IMG/VR virus record: IMGVR_UViG_3300045988_000083
Coordinates: 1-6,497 of that record
DNA: 6,497 bases
Origin: a virus
Direction: 5' to 3' (one strand)
The position numbers and the translations under genes are program-made. The notes under the pieces were generated by a model that did not search any database, was not told where the DNA came from, and worked only from the letters and a program-made list of their open reading frames with translations. Of the stretch, positions 4,258 through 6,497 are shown piece by piece (the stretch's first letter is position 1; the number at the start of each line of letters is the position of its first letter).

Positions 4258-6093
4258 ATGATACCTAAGGAAGAATTATTAACGAAATACCTTTTCACTG
4301 AATGTCTTCGACCTCAGAGAATTGTAAATCCTTATTCTCATGACGTGATATTCGCTCCATGTGGATATTGTAAGTCATGTATTATGAATAAGTCGAATTT
4401 TGCTACGGCTTATGCGATGAATATGTCTACGCATTTTAAATATTGTTATTTCGTTACTCTTACATACAAGGATATATTTCTTCCTTACTTGTCAGTCGAG
4501 GTTGTTCGGAGGTCTGGTAATCGTTATCTCTTTGATGAAAACTTTGAGACAATGGTTACCACCTCCGACCCTCGACTTTTAACTCCTGAATATTACCACG
4601 ATCGTGACCTTTCGCTCGATCCTGCTCAGAATGAAGTTGAACAGGTTTTTGATATAGGTTTCCAGTCTATTCCTCGTAATATTTCTGTAAGATCGAAAGG
4701 ATCATTTCGCTTTCGTTCCTTCGATGATGAACCTCTCAAATTCTGTGTTCCTATGAAACTTACTGATCTTCAGTCTATTCTGATCAAGGCTAATGGTCGT
4801 TATGATTATGGTTTGAAAAAGGTAGTTTACCCCTCTCTTGCTGATTGTAAGCTACAGATACCTGTTCTTCAATCTCGTGATATTGAATTATTTTTTAAAC
4901 GTTTACGAAGAAATTTAGATTCGCATGGATTCACTTCCTCGAAAATATGTTACTACGTTGTATCAGAATACGGACCTCAAACCTACCGTCCGCATTGGCA
5001 TTGTTTATTATTCTTTGACTCGGAAGAGATCACCAAAACACTTCGAGAAGATATATCTAAGGCTTGGTCCTACGGTCGTATCGATTACTCTCTCTCCCGT
5101 GGATCGGCTTCTTCCTATGTTGCGTCATACGTTAATAGTGCTGCTTGTTTACCATTCCTTTATGTTGGACAAAAAGAAATCCGTCCTAGATCCTTCCATT
5201 CCAAGGGATATGGCTCGAATAAAATCTTTCCTAAATCGTCCGACATTTCAGAAATTTCAAAGATATCCGATATCTTCTTTGATGGCGTTAACATCGATTC
5301 TGATGGCAAGGTTGTCAACATCCGGCCTGTACGGCAGAGTGAGCTTGCGGTATTCCCCCGATTCTCTAATGATTTTTTCTCAGATAGTGATACTTGTTGC
5401 AAGTTATTTCAGTCTGTCATTGAAACGCCCAAACGCCTCGTTTCGCGCGGCTATCTTGGAATAGATACTCCTGATTTTGGTTCTGATGGTTTTCGATTAT
5501 CTGATCTCGTACGTGCTTATTCTGAATACTATGAGCGGAATTTTACCGACTTTTCATTCAGCCTTCGTTTTCTTCGAGGTTATCGAACTCGTGATTATGC
5601 TGATGAATTGATATTCCGTGAATCTCGTCTTTTTGACGGCTATGTATTCAATAAGGATATGATTTTCGGTAGATTATATCGCTTGTTTGCTAAGGTTCTT
5701 CGTTGTTTTAAATTCTGGAATTTGAAACAATATACTGATTCTTGGTCTTTGAAGGCTGCTATTAAGAAAATCTGGTCATATGGATGGGAATATTGGAAAA
5801 AGAAGGAATATCGTTTCTTGACTACTTATTTCGAATATCTTGAAGGATGTAATGATGATGAACGATTGTTCCTTTTGGTTCGTACTATCGGTTCTGGCCT
5901 TGCCACTGATTCTCCTCATTCTTGGACTTATACTCAACGTGAAGACTATGTTAATTGCCTTCCCGATGATCTTTACAAGCGTTATATGAAAACTCTTAAA
6001 TGGTTGACTGCCCGTACGGAGAAGGTTTTGAAGGATAAGGTTAAACATAAAGAATTTAATGATATGCAAGGTGTTTTATTATTTTCTGATTAA
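4258..6093 (+). CDS. VP4: Rolling-circle replication initiation protein (HUH endonuclease; Microviridae VP4 / phiX174 protein A-like), 611 aa
   Basis: All three RCR superfamily motifs are present in the right order. Motif I is FVTLTY (aa 65-70, nt 4450-4467). Motif II (HUH) is HWHCLLF (aa 246-252, nt 4993-5013). Motif III is YVASYV with two Tyr spaced by three residues (Y287/Y291, nt 5116-5133), very close to the phiX174 protein A active site YVAKYV as I recall it. The N-terminal Cys cluster PCGYCKSC (nt 4357-4380) is typical of VP4 proteins. Confidence 0.93.
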   Translation: MIPKEELLTKYLFTECLRPQRIVNPYSHDVIFAPCGYCKSCIMNKSNFATAYAMNMSTHFKYCYFVTLTYKDIFLPYLSVEVVRRSGNRYLFDENFETMVTTSDPRLLTPEYYHDRDLSLDPAQNEVEQVFDIGFQSIPRNISVRSKGSFRFRSFDDEPLKFCVPMKLTDLQSILIKANGRYDYGLKKVVYPSLADCKLQIPVLQSRDIELFFKRLRRNLDSHGFTSSKICYYVVSEYGPQTYRPHWHCLLFFDSEEITKTLREDISKAWSYGRIDYSLSRGSASSYVASYVNSAACLPFLYVGQKEIRPRSFHSKGYGSNKIFPKSSDISEISKISDIFFDGVNIDSDGKVVNIRPVRQSELAVFPRFSNDFFSDSDTCCKLFQSVIETPKRLVSRGYLGIDTPDFGSDGFRLSDLVRAYSEYYERNFTDFSFSLRFLRGYRTRDYADELIFRESRLFDGYVFNKDMIFGRLYRLFAKVLRCFKFWNLKQYTDSWSLKAAIKKIWSYGWEYWKKKEYRFLTTYFEYLEGCNDDERLFLLVRTIGSGLATDSPHSWTYTQREDYVNCLPDDLYKRYMKTLKWLTARTEKVLKDKVKHKEFNDMQGVLLFSD

Positions 6094-6105
6094 ACTAATT
6101 TAATT

Positions 6106-6497
6106 ATGGCACATTTTACTGGCTTGAAAGAACTTCAAAATCATCCTCATAAGGCTGGTTTTGATATTGGTAGTAAAAATTTGTTTACTGCTAAGGTAGG
6201 TGAATTGCTTCCCCTTTATTGGGATGTGGCAATTCCTGATTGTGATTATGATATTGATTTAGCTTATTTTACTCGAACACGTCCAGTTCAGACGGCTGCT
6301 TATACTCGCATTCGTGAGTATTTTGATTTTTACGCAGTACCTTGTGATCTCCTTTGGAAATCATTTGATTCTGCTGTGATTCAAATGGGTCAGATTGCTC
6401 CTGTACAGGCTAAAACTCTGCTTGATCCTCTTACTGTTGGAACTGATATTCCTTGGTGTTATTTGTCTGATCTTTCCACTTCGCTTTATTATTCTTC
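6106..6497 (+). CDS. VP1: Major capsid protein VP1, N-terminal part; runs off the window end and continues at position 1 (6443 = 1)
   Basis: This ORF is missing from the supplied ORF track because it has no stop inside the window. ATG at 6106 gives MAHFTGLKELQNHPHKAGFDIGSKNLFTAKVGELLPLYWDVAIPDCDYDIDLAYFTRTRPVQTAAYTRIREYFDFYAVPCDLLWKSF... with no stop through 6497. The frame (6106 mod 3 = 1) equals the frame of the 3-1532 ORF after adding 6442. The pattern G-x-L-x-P ... R-x-x-P ... F-x-x-V-P-x-x-L-L-W is the conserved N-terminal signature of Microviridae major capsid proteins. Confidence 0.92.
   Translation, partial: MAHFTGLKELQNHPHKAGFDIGSKNLFTAKVGELLPLYWDVAIPDCDYDIDLAYFTRTRPVQTAAYTRIREYFDFYAVPCDLLWKSFDSAVIQMGQIAPVQAKTLLDPLTVGTDIPWCYLSDLSTSLYYS
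6443..6497. repeat. Terminal redundancy, right copy (identical to 1-55)
   Basis: Identical 55-mer to 1-55; see the left copy. Confidence 0.97.

Noticed and set aside
1-6497. I looked for CRISPR arrays, IS or transposon ends, integrase, toxin-antitoxin or defence/anti-defence cassettes, and rRNA/tRNA genes.
   Set aside because: None is supported. The only long repeat is the 55-nt terminal assembly overlap, and no spaced direct-repeat array or terminal inverted repeats flank any segment. All large ORFs are accounted for by the Microviridae core set.

Overview
This window is a complete, circularly closed genome of a small ssDNA phage of the family Microviridae. Bases 1-55 are repeated exactly at 6443-6497, so the unit genome is 6442 nt and the linear record overlaps itself. 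The major capsid gene (VP1, phiX174 F-like) starts at 6106, runs off the right end and continues in frame from the left end to 1532, giving 622 aa when joined. All credible genes are on the + strand, tightly packed and strongly T-biased at third codon positions. In order they are: VP1; a 173-aa acidic/Ser-rich protein (possible scaffold); a VP2-like minor capsid/DNA-pilot protein; about 650 nt of non-coding DNA; a 67-aa single-pass membrane protein; a 64-aa protein; and a 611-aa HUH rolling-circle replication initiator (VP4, protein A-like). No gene has a Shine-Dalgarno sequence, and the one convincing promoter is of the Bacteroidetes TTTG/TAnnTTTG type. Together with the VP1 N-terminus, this suggests a Bacteroidetes-associated (Alpavirinae-like) microvirus; that host call is inference. 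The most unusual part is the non-coding block 3192-3838. It holds an intrinsic terminator, then a compositionally distinct, GC-richer segment packed with short perfect hairpins (including the d(GCGAAGC) mini-hairpin motif and an 18-nt perfect palindrome), then a weak dif-like site, then the promoter. I interpret this block as the replication/integration control region of the phage. That interpretation is a hypothesis, not a demonstrated function. The nested and antisense ORFs in the ORF track look like codon-bias artefacts.
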